From Octopus sinensis (Eukaryota): a DNA stretch of 64,000 nt. Each line of letters starts with the position of its first letter. Position 1 is the stretch's first letter. The stretch lies in NCBI RefSeq assembly GCF_006345805.1, contig NC_043004.1:27032001-27096000 (forward strand), written 5' to 3'. This document shows, piece by piece, positions 1 to 11,997 of this stretch. Below the pieces are notes generated by a model. The model ran no database searches. It was not told the DNA's origin and was given only the letters and a program-made list of their open reading frames with translations. A program made the translations under genes and the position numbers.

Positions 1-89
1 TGTGATCCAAGGTACTTTCGATGGCCTGGGGCTTCTATGTGAAGCTGGTGCAGGAAGCAGCCATTAACTCACGTTATTTGTTGGGTCTT

Positions 90-410
90 TGCAGTCACAG
101 GATATCTCCAGAGGTTTCGATCTTTTGTCATTGCCTCTGTGAGGCCCAACGTTCAAAGGTCATGCTTGACCACCTCATCCCATGTCTTCCTGGGTCTACC
201 TCTACCCCAGATTCCTTCAACTGTTTGGGAGTGGCACTTCTTCACACATCTCTTCCTCATCCATCCATAGTACATAACCATACCAGCGCAAACATCTCTC
301 TTCTTGCACGCCACATCCAATGCTTCTTATGTCCAGCATTTCTCTCAGGGCGCTAACACTCTGTCGTGTGTGCACACTGACATTACACATCCAGCAGATC
401 ATGCTAGCTT
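90..410 (-). mobile_element. RTE-clade LINE 3' fragment (post-RT C-terminus)
   Basis: Minus translation gives WMCNVSVHTRQSVSALREMLDIRSI...LRWYGYV and GRGRPRKTWDEVVKHDL; typical RTE ORF2 tail, frameshifted. Confidence 0.8.
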
Positions 411-1330
411 CATGTCTTTCAAGCCTACATGTGCATAAATATATATTTACATATTACTGATCAAATTGCTTAACTATTAAACTAAACTGCATTTCCCCAT
501 CTCCCTTCACACATACACACACACACAAATGCATTTATGCATGTATATATAATTTACTGTACTTACTTGAATATGCAGCCACTCTTTCAATGTTTTATCG
601 GGAAACACTGTTTCCCTAATGTATTCCATTGGGGAGAGATGTCAACCACCAGCTATTAACTTATTCAGTTCACCATCATTTCCTTACAATCTATTCAAAT
701 TCCCAGTTTATCCAATTTACAGAACACATAACTAAATTTCTTATTGATTAAATCAACCTAAATCGTGTCCTTATTTCATATAGAAGTAGTAGTGGGCTGA
801 GGCGACTTGACACAAAAGGGTAGGGTAATTTAGTTTTCTCTGTGTATGTATGAGTGTGTGCATGTGTGTATGTATGGGTCTTTGTACATATGTAGAGATC
901 TGTATTTGCATATGTTTTTGTACATGCATGTATATAAATGTGTGTGTGGTGTGTGTGTGTGTGTCTGCATGTACTAGCCTCTTTTAAGTTCTTCCCATAT
1001 AATTTTCATGGGTTTTTAGTTCAAATTATATTTTTATATTTTTATCAAAACAATTTGTAACTTTTGGGGTTTTGTACATAAAGAAACATGTACGTTTAGA
1101 AATGTATATGTATGTACATTTATACTTATACCTACAGACTCATTATATATATATATATGATGATGATTTATGTGTGCATGTAATATGTATGTTATACATA
1201 AATTTATATATATGTATATGTACATATGTATACACATGTACACACACACAAACATATATATAGTATATAGATAGATAGATGGATAAATAGATAGAGAGAG
1301 AGAGAGAGAGAGAGAATATGTGTGTGTGTA

Positions 1331-1361
<31 letters not shown>

Positions 1362-3071
1362 ATGTGTGTGTGAAAGAGACATACATACTTAAATATAACT
1401 TCAGGTATAATGTACATGTACATATACACACACACACATGTATGTACACAGAAAAACACTTAAACAAAATTTTAAAAATACAATTTTATTTTAACCAACA
1501 CCGATATCAATATCAATCACATTAAGGAACTCATTATTATTCATTGATAATTCCTTCTATATTAAGAAAGGTGAAAATCTTTGTGGTGTTTCTGTTAATA
1601 GCTAAAACAGAGTAGATATTTCAGACTTGATATTACAGTCTAGGGATACTACAAAATAGAGCAATATATATTTGCAGGGAACTTTACAGAGAAGAAAAAC
1701 TTGCTGTATTCTTTAACACAAATAGACTTAACTTGGGCAAATTTTAGAAAGACACTAATAAGCAGTTTTAAAGAATTTCATTTTGAAATCTGAGGGTTGT
1801 AAAATTCTTGGATGCAACACTATGCAAAAACACAGGCAAATTATTCTCCTAATCTAAAACTCAGTGAAGAACAATGTATGTAACCACCTGTCCATGATCA
1901 TACAAAATAATAGTATTTATCTAATGTTTGAACAAAGAAATATTTTATAAATTTACTTCATACAACAACAGAATTCTAGCTAACAATCATTTTTAATGAT
2001 AGTGAAATAAACAGAACTGCTCTCATAAAACAACACATGAATAAAAATGTAAATATTAGCTTGCATAAACTTCTGACATAATTTAAATGTGTCCATGTCA
2101 ATGCCAGAACATATACAATATGATTAGTATTACTTAACCCCTTCACATAATATACAATAGAAATTCCCTTACAAGTAGCTGTAATCCCCTTATGAGCAGC
2201 CCATAAACAATTTAACCTGAATGTAGCTGTAGAGATGACTAAATTTCTGTAGAAGATGAATATCAGAAGTATACAGATTAGTTGTAGAATCTACAGACCA
2301 CACAGTAAAGACACATATCAGCGTTAAGTGAAATGAGACACATAAAGCATGTTCATCTGTTTTCAGTTCAGGAATTACTGTAACGTCACAAAAGCAAGTG
2401 AAATGTACAGTAGTGTTTCTAAATCAAAGGCATCCAAAAGCCACAAAATTCACTATCCGCTATCCACTATATGCAACTGGAAAACTCAGTATCCCAACTT
2501 ATCTGATATATTAAATATGAGACCGAAACCTTTAGTGCTACCCCATGAAAGTAACAAAGACTCCAAGCTTTCTAGCATGTTTTTGTACCTGTTGATATTG
2601 AATTAAAGACTAGTTGATTCTACAGGTGATGCTTGGCTGTCAATAAATAAGATACAAAAATTTAAGCTAAAATTTGAGCTAAAAGCTGATAATGACTTTC
2701 ATGCCTTAAAAAATTTGCCATTTGGTGCATTTCTTGCAAACTTATTTAGTTATGAATTTCCGCCCTTTGTATGAAGCTTATGTGATTTGCACCAACCAAT
2801 GGAACATTTGGTTTTAGTGCCATCTTCAGTTAGAAAATATTTTTCTTTGCATACAAATAATGGCAGGCTGATAGATGTAGCATTCATGAAATGAAGAGTA
2901 GCACCATAAAGCATCAATTGAATAAATATAATTATATTCTACAATTCTAAATGTGTGGAGAACTTTTGTCTTCCTTGTTAGAAAAACTGAAGTTATAAAC
3001 TTACACACATGTAATGTTGCGTGAAGCAGTGCTGAATGAAATTTGCTTGTGTTAAGTCATATTCAACACAT

Positions 3072-3135
3072 TCAAGTGTATTCAGGCACAGGAAGTTCTG
3101 CCTCCCTGTAAATATTCTCAGGAGAAAATTCTTCT
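3072..3135 (-). CDS. Candidate terminal coding exon of an unidentified host gene (EEFSPENIYREAELPVPEYT*)
   Basis: Acceptor catgtttcag|A, 20 codons then TGA; about 1.6 kb of unique U-rich sequence downstream ending at AATAAA (plus TTTATT 1485-1490). No homology recognised. Another frame stays open to a GTAAGT donor after 3005. Confidence 0.3.
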
Positions 3136-3469
3136 CTGAAACATGTGTGAAAACAAATACTGGGTTGTTAATGGCATTGAATCATAATATGTATGTTTCT
3201 GAATTTTTACACTTTGTCACAATTTGTTTTTAAGACCCAGATGCATTTTCTTTCTACTGATATTTCTCTTTCTCTCTCTCTCTCTTACACACACACACAC
3301 ATTCACACATATACGAATCTATGCATGCATGCAGGAATGTATGTGTGCATGTGTATATCCAAGTGAGCAAACAAATGCAAGAAAAAGGTACTCAATACAT
3401 TTAGTAGGATTTACATGTATTATTTAAAATATTTTAATTCAGTTCTGTGCAACTTCAAGTTTCGCGGGC

Positions 3470-3830
3470 CCTCCACATTTTTGCAGAAGAATATCCAAGC
3501 TCTCAGCCAAGAGGGAGATCTTTAACAGAGTAATACCTGACTACAATGATGTTTTGGCTTGGAGTGCATTCATTGAGAAGCTAGCATATGTAAAGGACCT
3601 CCAATCCCAACTCCACATCCAGAAAGAGAAAGGCAATCCGGTTCAATCCACCATGCAGCATAGAAGCCTCCACTAATGTAGCTAGTAGCTTCTTGTCATT
3701 GATTAAGAAGCATGTCCCCAGAGGTCACAAGTATTATAATCCACATAATGTCAAGGTGCGCTACTCCTGCTTAAACAATATCGCTTCTAATACTGCACAC
3801 TATAACAGACACAAACATGCACCCATACAA
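3470..3830 (+). mobile_element. Penelope-like element fragment (RT-EN linker)
   Basis: IRFNPPCSIEASTNVASSFLSLIKKHVPRGHKYYNPHNVKVRYSCLNNIA matches the PLE WFNPPY...KHFP...KVSYSC pattern. Confidence 0.7.
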
Positions 3831-4017
3831 GTTCCAAACCCCCCACCCACCCCGTAACTTCCAAAATCCTACTAGCTGCCCTCTTTGAACTTTTCAGGAG
3901 ATTTGTTTCTTTTTATAGTATTATTGAGTGTATAGGGGTGGAGAGAGATATAAGATAGTAAAAGAGGGTGAGGAATAGGGAGAAAGTGAGATAGAGTGCA
4001 TGTGTGTGTGTGCCGTT

Positions 4018-4630
4018 GTATCTGAAAGGGGTGTCAATGTTAAAGAGAAGGAAAGGAAGAAGGAAGAGAAAAAGAAGAAAAAATGTTTTACTTTTATACA
4101 GCTGGTCAGTTCTTTCAATAGAAAGTGATTCTTGGCTTTTAGAAATGGCAAAATCAGGTGGTCACTCCAAGAGGGTAAATGTTATTTTTCAAAACATTGT
4201 CTGGAATTCTTTTTATCATTGTCTTGTGAGACAAAGAGTGTGTATGTGTGTATGTGTGCATGTGTGCGTGTGTGTGTGATGTTTGTGTATCTGAAAGGAG
4301 TGTCAATGGAAAAGAGAAGGAAAGAAAGAAGGAAGAGAGAAAGAAGAAAAAATGTGTTTAACTGGTTAGTTCCTTCGATAGAAAGTGATTCTTGTCCTTT
4401 AAAAATGGTAAAATCAGGTGGCTACTTCAAGGGGATTCTTGTTTTTCAAAAATGATTTTTGTCTGGATTTCTTTTCATCATTGTCCAGTGAGAGAGTGTG
4501 TATGTGTTTTTTGTGTGTGTGTGCGTGTGTGTGTGTATGTGTGTGGGTGGGTGCCTGTGTATCTGAAAGAAGTGTCAATGGAAAAGAGAAGGAAAGAAAG
4601 AAGGAAGAGAGGAAGAAGAAAAAATTGTGT
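4018..4630. repeat. About 270-bp tandem repeat, 2.3 copies
   Basis: GTATCTGAAAG.AGTGTCAATG recurs at 4018, 4287 and 4559 with matching purine-rich and TG-rich blocks. Confidence 0.9.
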
Positions 4631-4899
4631 TGACATCTATACCACTTTTCAGTTATTTCAATCCAATGTTTGATTCCCGTGCTGGTGTGGGTTGGATTGG
4701 AGAATCTGGATGTAAGATTGTTTCTATTTATGTATATATACATATGTATAGTACTGTGTTTGTGTGTGTGTGTGTTTAATACAATTTACTTTACAAATTT
4801 GGTCCTTCATCTGATACAGCTTATTATAGATATTTTCAGCCATTCAGTTTTGGGGGAGGACCTTGTTATCAAGTATTTTTCCATATTTTTCCTGAAGAA

Positions 4900-5775
4900 C
4901 ATGTCATTCCTTGGGTATTTATAGAAGGGAAAGATCTTGAATTTTCCTTCTCCACATGTATCTAAGCGTTTACTCAGTGGAATCTTTCACAGTTCCTCCT
5001 GTCGGACATGTCGGTGAATTCTGGCTCATTGGCATAAAGAATTTCCAGTTTCGCCTATGCAATTCTCCTTGCATGTGGGGCAGGTTATGCAATATATTAC
5101 ATTCTGCGTCTTGCAATCTATGTCTGCATTTACTTTGAATATGTGACCACTCTTAAATTTTATTTGTTTGTTTCTCTCTATATATTTGTAGGTGGGGTTA
5201 CTGCAGATCCCACAACTACCATATCCGCACTCTTTTACAAAGAATTCGGTTTTAGTCTCTGATGAGAATTTCACTCTTGTTAGTTGTTTCTTCAGGTTTT
5301 TCTCTTGGCATTTACTGTCTTTGATGCAATATTTGTTTAATATGTTTCCCATTTTGGGGCTTTGTAGGACTATTGGTAAGTTTGAATGTATGATTTGAAA
5401 CATGTTGGTAATTCCAGGGTTGTGTGTGTTTATGAAGGGGATGATGTTTTCTTTGTTTTATGTTTTGGGGGTTCTGAGTTGTGTGATGTCCAGTTTCATT
5501 GCTCTTGCCATTCCATTTTTTATTAGTTTGAGTGGGTATTTTTGTTCTAGTAGGAAGTTTTTAAGTTCATTCAGTCATATTTTGGCATGTTTGTGAGTCG
5601 GTTACTATGCTGCATATGTGTCTTGCCATACTATATGGAATGTTTCTTTTTATGTGGGTTGAGTGGCAGGAGTAGAAATTTAAATATTGGTGTGTGTCGG
5701 TTTTTTTTGTAGTAGATGTCTGTTGTGACGATGGAGTTACGTATCTTGATGTTGATGTCTAGGGAAATACCAAAA
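4900..5775 (-). mobile_element. Penelope-like element, RT thumb plus GIY-YIG endonuclease, decayed
   Basis: TDTHQYLNFYSCHSTHIKRNIPYS (thumb) and NVIYCITCPTCKENCIGETG (GIY-YIG). Confidence 0.85.
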
Positions 5776-6423
5776 GTGTGGAAGATCTACTCACAGAAAC
5801 CTACAGTAATGAATTTTGAGTAACTGATAATTTAATTTAATTTACTTTAAGGTATGGATGACTTAAGGTTACTTTTAACCTCCCCATTTTTATAAACATC
5901 AAGTGGATAACTACCTCGCTTTGTGATCATGAGTGCACCAAACCTCACGTGTGGGTATGCTCACATTTTTGTGGATGCTTGTATGAGAGAGTGTACTCGC
6001 ACCATGCAGCTTGCCCGAGGGCGTTTATATATTCATACCTGTTAACAGTTATTTTTAATACTTTTCTCGCTGGATTGTGCGTTCATTTCTCTTTTTGCCA
6101 TCTGTGATTTTATTTTTTATTTTCTTATATATTATTTGTTATTTATGTATTGGTTTATGTCTATCATTGAGTTGCCTAATAGTGGTTTTATCTCTAATTC
6201 ATATTTTATATATATATATATATATACATACTCATACATGCACATACATACACACATATATATACGTATATATACATACATATGTACTCACATACATATA
6301 TACCTATAACCAGTGGCCCAGCAACAAAATTTGCTAAGGGGGTGCAAATTTTTTTAATGAAAAATGTGGATTTTTCCAATGTTAACATTAAAACAAATGC
6401 AGGTATAATAATTTTTATTATTA

Positions 6424-6930
6424 TGAGGGTCGGCTGAAATGTTCATAATCTGAGCAAGACACTCTCAATGGAATGTGACCAAATGAAGTTCATTTTCTAA
6501 CATAGTTCCTCTTACTGTCCACACACTTCCATTAGTAGTTGCAGTGCTTGGGTCGCACTGGTGAAGAAGCTTTTCTGTTGATCAAAATGGTCATCAACAA
6601 CAGATAAGATGTTCTCATCATAGTGATACTGGTACTCAGCTGAGTGTTTTTCTATGTTGGGAAACAGATGATAACCAGAAGGAACCAAATCACTAACATA
6701 GGGAGCATGATCAACCAGTTCAAAGCCAGTCACATACAGCAGCCATTGAAACCAAGGACTTGTGTGCTGAAGCATTGTCCTAATGAAACAAGACCCCATT
6801 CATCAGTTTTTCTGGGTGTTTGGTCTTGATAGCCTTTCATAACTGCCTTAGGAAGTTGGTATTGAAATTTTCCATTGATGGTGTGATCATTTTGATGATA
6901 GCCAATAAACACAGTATTTTTTGCATTAAT
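6424..6930 (-). mobile_element. mariner transposon 3' half with TIR
   Basis: FHQDNA-like and HAPYVSDLVPSGYHLFP (YSPDLAPSD motif); TA-flanked terminus TATGAGGGTCGGCTGAAA at 6422. Confidence 0.8.
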
Positions 6931-7239
6931 GCATAGTATATACAATAATGTGAAGTATATTTTGCATATTAAAATGTTTAATTTTGGAAATGTATCAAGC
7001 AGAGCTAAAATAAGCAGTAAAAATACAAATTGCATGTATTTCAAAATGTGGGACACTACATGACAAAAACTAACAAAAAAAGGAAGAAAATAATGGTGCT
7101 TGTGTTCCAAAGGTACAATGAAAAGGCTCAGGAGAAGGATAGAGAGATGGGGTAGAGGGAAGGAAGTTAGAAGGAAAGAAAAGAATGAAAAGTGAAAAGA
7201 TAAATTGGGGATCTGAAATGAGTACTAGGCAGGAAATTG

Positions 7240-7428
7240 GCCCCTGTGCCGGTGGCACGTAAAAACAGCACCCACTAAAATCTCAGAGTGGTTGGCATTA
7301 GGAAGGGCATCCAGCTGTAGAAACACTGCCAGATCAGACTGGAGCCTGGTGCAGCCTCCTGGCTTCCCAGGCCCCAGTCGAATCATTCAACCTATTCTAG
7401 CATGGAAAATGGACATTAAACCATGATG
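7240..7428 (+). mobile_element. RTE-type 3' tail repeat (SINE/LINE 3' end, GAT-repeat tailed family)
   Basis: GGTGGCACGTAAAAA-CACCCAC...GGAAGGGCATCCAGCTGTAGAAAC...CATGGAAAATGGACATTAAA; related copies at 9040, 19220, 48118, 56100, 62020. Confidence 0.75.
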
Positions 7429-7889
7429 TCTTACCTATGCACTGGTCAAGTACAAAAACGATGAGTGACAAAAAATTGGATTGTCTTTTGGTACCAAAAA
7501 AGTGAAGAAAGAGAGTAGAGAAAGTTAGGGAAGAGCAAGTAGGAAGAAAGAGAGAGTGTGGAGAAATAAGGGAATAAAGATAGACAGTAGGTAGTTGACA
7601 GAGATGGACAGAGAAAGAAATGGAAGGCAGGAAAGAGAGAAAAGCAGCAGATAGGTAGAGAGGTAGATAGAGGGGAGAGGAGAAGGACAGAGAAATAGAT
7701 AGAAAAGAGAGACAGTCTTGCAACAAATATTGAACACTGCGTAGGGTACCACTGAGTGGGAACAGAAGTGAGTGTGTGACATTACATTGACTAACAGACC
7801 TAAAATACTGCACAGAAAGTCAACAAACACAATATATAATGATGAAGGAAATTGTTGTATACAGTGCTCAGGTGCACTACAACTAAAAA

Positions 7890-8712
7890 GAAAAAAAATG
7901 GCCATCAGGTGTACTGTTGGCGGATTTCAGGACACATGGAAGTTTTGAAGGATGTAGTGTCTTGACAGCTAACAACTGATGCAGGTGGTTTATTCCATGC
8001 TTCTGCAATTCTGAGCATGAAAAATTGTTTCTGAAAGTCATGGGAGCTGTGTTGATTTTTGATTTTATAAGCATGTTAGTGAGTGTTTGTCATATGGAAT
8101 TCAAAAAAGTACCCAAGGTTATTTGTTGGAAACATGGTGGATAATCTTGTGGGTGTCAATCAAGTCAGTTGCCAGACGTCTGGGCTTCAATGTATCCATG
8201 CCCAGGAATGCAAGACGTTCAGAGTATGGTAGATGTCTGACGGTGGGTATTTGCTTTGTTGCACATTTCTGAACAGTTTCCAGGAGATTTATATGCTGAG
8301 AAAGAGAGAGGTTCCAGTCTGATGATGCAAATTCCAAGTGTGGATATACCATTGCTGTATACAATTTTAAATACATAACTGGAGAGTGGATGACAAAGGT
8401 CTTACTGAGTGATGCTAGCACCACCTCAGCCTTTTTGACAATCTTAGATATGTGGTTTGTCCAATGCAGATTGTTGTTTACAATAATACCCAGAACATGT
8501 CCGACAGAAGACTTCTTGAGATTGGTGTTGCTGAGGGATTATGTAAAAGCTGGATTTTCCCTCCCAAAATGCATGGTAACACACTTGTCTACAGATAGCT
8601 TGAGTTGCCAGTCAGAGGTCCACTGCTGCAGTGTATTCAGATCTGATTGCAGGATAGTATATATTCTTTTTATTTCAAGGTACAGCTGGTATCATCTGCA
8701 TATTTCAACACT
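7890..8712 (-). mobile_element. CR1/L2-group LINE, RT C-terminal part
   Basis: LKYADD near 8700, DLGIIVNNNLHW, LYTAMVYPHLEFASSDW...LLETVQKCATKQIP...YSERLAFLG...RRLATDL, AWNKPPASVV. Confidence 0.88.
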
Positions 8713-8713
8713 A

Positions 8714-8830
8714 AACTTTCCAGGAAGTTTTCGACCAAATTTCCCAGAAGTTAGAAAAATCCTCGGAACTTTCCAGGAAGTTTTCGACCAAATTTCCCCA
8801 AAGTTAGAAAATCATCGGAACTTTCCAGAA
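8714..8830. repeat. About 53-bp tandem repeat, about 2.2 copies, abutting the CR1 truncation point
   Basis: AACTTTCCAGGAAGTTTTCGACCAAATTTCCC..AAGTTAGAAAA repeated directly. Confidence 0.9.
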
Positions 8831-9039
8831 ACTGCTCCAATTCCCTGAGATACCTCCAAACACCTCATCACCACCGTCTATATCCTTGGAGATGTCTCTA
8901 ATTCACCCCCCTCTCTCTCAAATGTGAGTAACCATGTAACTACTCTACGACAAGAACCTGCTTTACTCCAACATTTTGCCTCATACTTTAAACTGTCCCT
9001 TCTTGTACACAGAGGCATCAACCTCCCTCCCTCTGCTTG

Positions 9040-9246
9040 TTGCTTGTGAGCAAGTTAGTGAGCTCAATAGGGCCAGTGGCATGAAAACGCACCCAGTACA
9101 CACTGTAAAGTGGTTGGCAATATGAAGGGCAGCCAACCATAAAAACCATGCAAAAGTAGACACTGGAGTACGATGCAGTCCTTGACTCATTGGATCCTTG
9201 TCAAAAACGTCCGTTCCATGCCAGTATAGAACAGGGACATTAAATA

Positions 9247-9279
<33 letters not shown>
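9040..9279 (+). mobile_element. RTE-type 3' tail repeat ending in (GAT)n
   Basis: Same family as 7240; long (GAT)n tail near 9248-9279. Confidence 0.7.
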
Positions 9280-9280
<1 letters not shown>

Positions 9281-10177
9281 CATTTATTTATGTATATACA
9301 TATTTTATGTATCTCTACATATTGTATATATGTATATATATATGGATGTGTGTGTCTTTATATATAACCAGTTCCAAACAATGGCATTTGAGAGTTTAAT
9401 CTTATAAAATAGATAAATCAGCTTCCCAATTGTTATCTTGTTTTATTTTTTTCATTCTCGCATTTCATAAAACATCTCAGCAAAGAATTACTTTTTTATA
9501 AATTCGACTCCAAGATGTTCATAACATTCTCTCTCTGTTAATACGTAAGTATTCAACTATATTTTTGTATGTGCATATATATTTGATATTTTGTTTAAAA
9601 TGTATGTACTTCATGCACACACACACACACACACACGCGCATACACACTCACACACACGCACACAAGGCACGCGTGCACACACACATATACACATACACA
9701 CTTACATGTCTCATTATTTGTGTGTATTTACATTGAGAAATGTTTTGATATTATTTGCCTTTTTGTTACTATAAAACCTTTGATTTTAAGTTGAAAGCAA
9801 ATCCAAATGTGTTTGCACCACATGCCTAAATACTAATTCTATGGCTATTGTTGTGTGACTGACTGCAACTTCCTGGTTTTTGCCTAGATTTTGAACTCAT
9901 AAAATATCATTGCCTAATATCGATTTCTGTCTATTAAACAAAAAATGTGTATGTTTGTTCTTGTTGAGTACGTAGACACCAAAGTATCAATAGCTATCAT
10001 CGTACATTAGTTGATGTAGAGGAAATAAAGACAAGATTTTCAAAACTTGACATCTTACATTTGTTGATGTACAGGAAATAGAGACTGCGGTACCAATAGG
10101 TGAGGTTCAATGTCAATAGCTCATTAGACTACATCGCCATTAATGAACTAATAAGAGGCGTCTACCTGACCACTTAC

Positions 10178-10210
10178 CATGCTGGAAATTGCAGTCACAT
10201 ATGCCATTCT
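10178..10210 (-). CDS. Candidate 33-nt internal exon
   Basis: tttatttttccag|AGAATGGCATATGTGACTGCAATTTCCAGCATG|gtaagt; near-consensus splice sites; two frames open (RMAYVTAISSM or NGICDCNFQH). Confidence 0.35.
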
Positions 10211-10227
10211 CTGGAAAAATAAACTTT

Positions 10228-10428
10228 TAGTTAGTTAGTTAGTTAGTTAATTTTTGGCTCAAAAGCAAATAGCAAGGCCATGTAGGGGGACATGGAGTTA
10301 AGTACAGGGTGGTGTTCATGTAAAGAGTTCAGGCCACTTGAGGTCAAGGGTGACTTTGAACAAAGCGGTCGTCGGCATCTTCACCATCTCGTCTGGCAGC
10401 TTGTTCCACGGATCCGCAACCCGGACGG
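10228..10428 (-). mobile_element. 5'-truncated CR1/L2-type LINE 3' end with (TAAC)n tail
   Basis: RVADPWNKLPDEMVKMPTTALFKVTLDLKWPELF* followed by a short UTR and TAAC repeats. Confidence 0.75.
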
Positions 10429-10854
10429 AGTTTTGTTTTATATAAAGGATACATTTTTCACTGACTTCATATATTAATGGGGTCAACATGGCATTTCATC
10501 ATTCGGGAGTTGAGAAGTAAAACACCAGTGAAGTATTGGTTTTGTTGCTTCTCCCTGTCTTTCTTTCAGAATCATCTACACGGAAGAAGCGGAAAAAAAG
10601 GTGTTTCTATATCAAAACCCAGATATTCCTTTCATTTTTACTTTGTTTATTTGCAAGGGCAAATTACGTTTGAAAACATGAGGATGTTAATTATACCTTA
10701 ATTATACCTCTTGAAAACGTATTTCTGTAATCTGTTGGGGGTGAGGAAGGGGAGGGGTGAAATTTCCGAGGACCCCCACCACCGTTTTCCAGACAAAAAA
10801 AAGGTATTTTGGGTAAATTTTGATAAGTGCACCCGCAACAACAGTAATAATTGT

Positions 10855-11075
10855 TTAAAATTTTGGCACGATGTCGGCAATTTTAGGAAAATGGAATTAA
10901 TGAATTGCATCAATTGCAGTACTTGCTGGTATTTTCTTTTTTGTGACCTCAAAAGGATGAAAGACAAAGTTGGCCTTGGCAGGATTTGAACACAGAACAT
11001 AAAGCTGGAAGAAATATAGCTAAGCATTTTGTCCAGTCTAGTAAAGATTCCTGCTTTAATAGTAGTAGTAGCAGC
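10855..11075 (-). mobile_element. tRNA-head SINE (CCTTTCGGGGTCGATAAA core family)
   Basis: Reverse complement of the family at 13727 (B-box GTTCAAAT, GCACCAAGCCT-like tail). Confidence 0.7.
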
Positions 11076-11084
11076 AGCAGCATC

Positions 11085-11121
<37 letters not shown>

Positions 11122-11127
11122 ATAATA

Positions 11128-11157
<30 letters not shown>

Positions 11158-11158
<1 letters not shown>

Positions 11159-11997
11159 CTGTTCTTTATTAACCACTTAAAATATTGAGGACGATACAGG
11201 ACGGTAAAAATGAGTGGGACTGGAATGTGTAGATGAAGAAAAAAACAATAAAAGTTATAAAAAATTAAGTCTCTAAAGGAGGGAAACGTCCAAGAGCTGC
11301 TCGTAGAAAGCACACAAAAACCATAATCACCCTGACCTCTAGGGCAACTGCCCTCTCCTCTTCTTCCAACCTTGATCTCGAGTCGTATGCTTTGAGTACA
11401 TTCGAGCTACATTCACCTACTTTTTGACAAAATTGCTGGAGAGCAGCTCTTACCTCTCTACCCTCGTTTTCCTTTTCAAGTGGAACTTGAAAAAGTTGAT
11501 GACGGTTTGGCCAAAGAGGAAAGTGTCTATCTTCATCCTTTTCAGCTTGGTCCACCACACAACCTCTTTTACTAAGGCCACCTGAGAAAGTAACACTGCT
11601 TGTTCTTCCCGGCCCTAGGAAGGCGGTAGAGCAATTCTTCGCAATGGACTCAGCCAATAGCTGGAACCGTTCTACAAGCGACAGCCAGTGTTTGACATAA
11701 ACCCACAAGTCAGCAATGCTTGGGCACTGGACAAGAGCATGCTGAATAATTTCATCACTCAAGCCTGGCTGATCGCGCTTCCATGCCTGTAGAGTTTATC
11801 CTGAACCAAGAATTCCCTCCAGTGGCACTGCCAAGCCAAGGATTTCTGAAAGTTGTTCACAGGCCCCGGCCCAAAAGTCCTGTGGAACAGACCAGCCAGC
11901 TCATTCTTGTCAACGCCCAGAGTTTACCTAGGAACTTGACCACCACTAACCCTATATAAAAAGCCTGAGTGGAACTTCTACCGACCACATTGTCCGA
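11158..11997 (-). mobile_element. Tx1/L1-clade LINE 3' end
   Basis: EIIQHALVQCPSIADLWVYV (zinc-knuckle region); clearly homologous to 17560-18460; AATAAA then (ATT)n tail. Confidence 0.85.

Noticed and set aside
1034-1525. Long ORFs rich in H/T/Y/I/C/V (also 9519-9794, 29938-31148, 32884-33131, 49552-50104)
   Set aside because: Translations of CA/TA/TG microsatellites, not genes.
2626-2768. Plus-strand open segment DAWLSINKIQKF...YEFPPF between AG and GTATGA
   Set aside because: Weak polypyrimidine tract, AT-rich codons and no homology; conflicts with the minus-strand UTR reading.
4651-4710. Hammerhead-like remnant downstream of the 4900-5775 PLE (AATCCAA/TTGGATT stem then GAAA)
   Set aside because: No CUGANGA box and no NUH; at best a dead 3' half.
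9481-9544. Plus AG...GTAAGT-bounded segment
   Set aside because: All frames closed.
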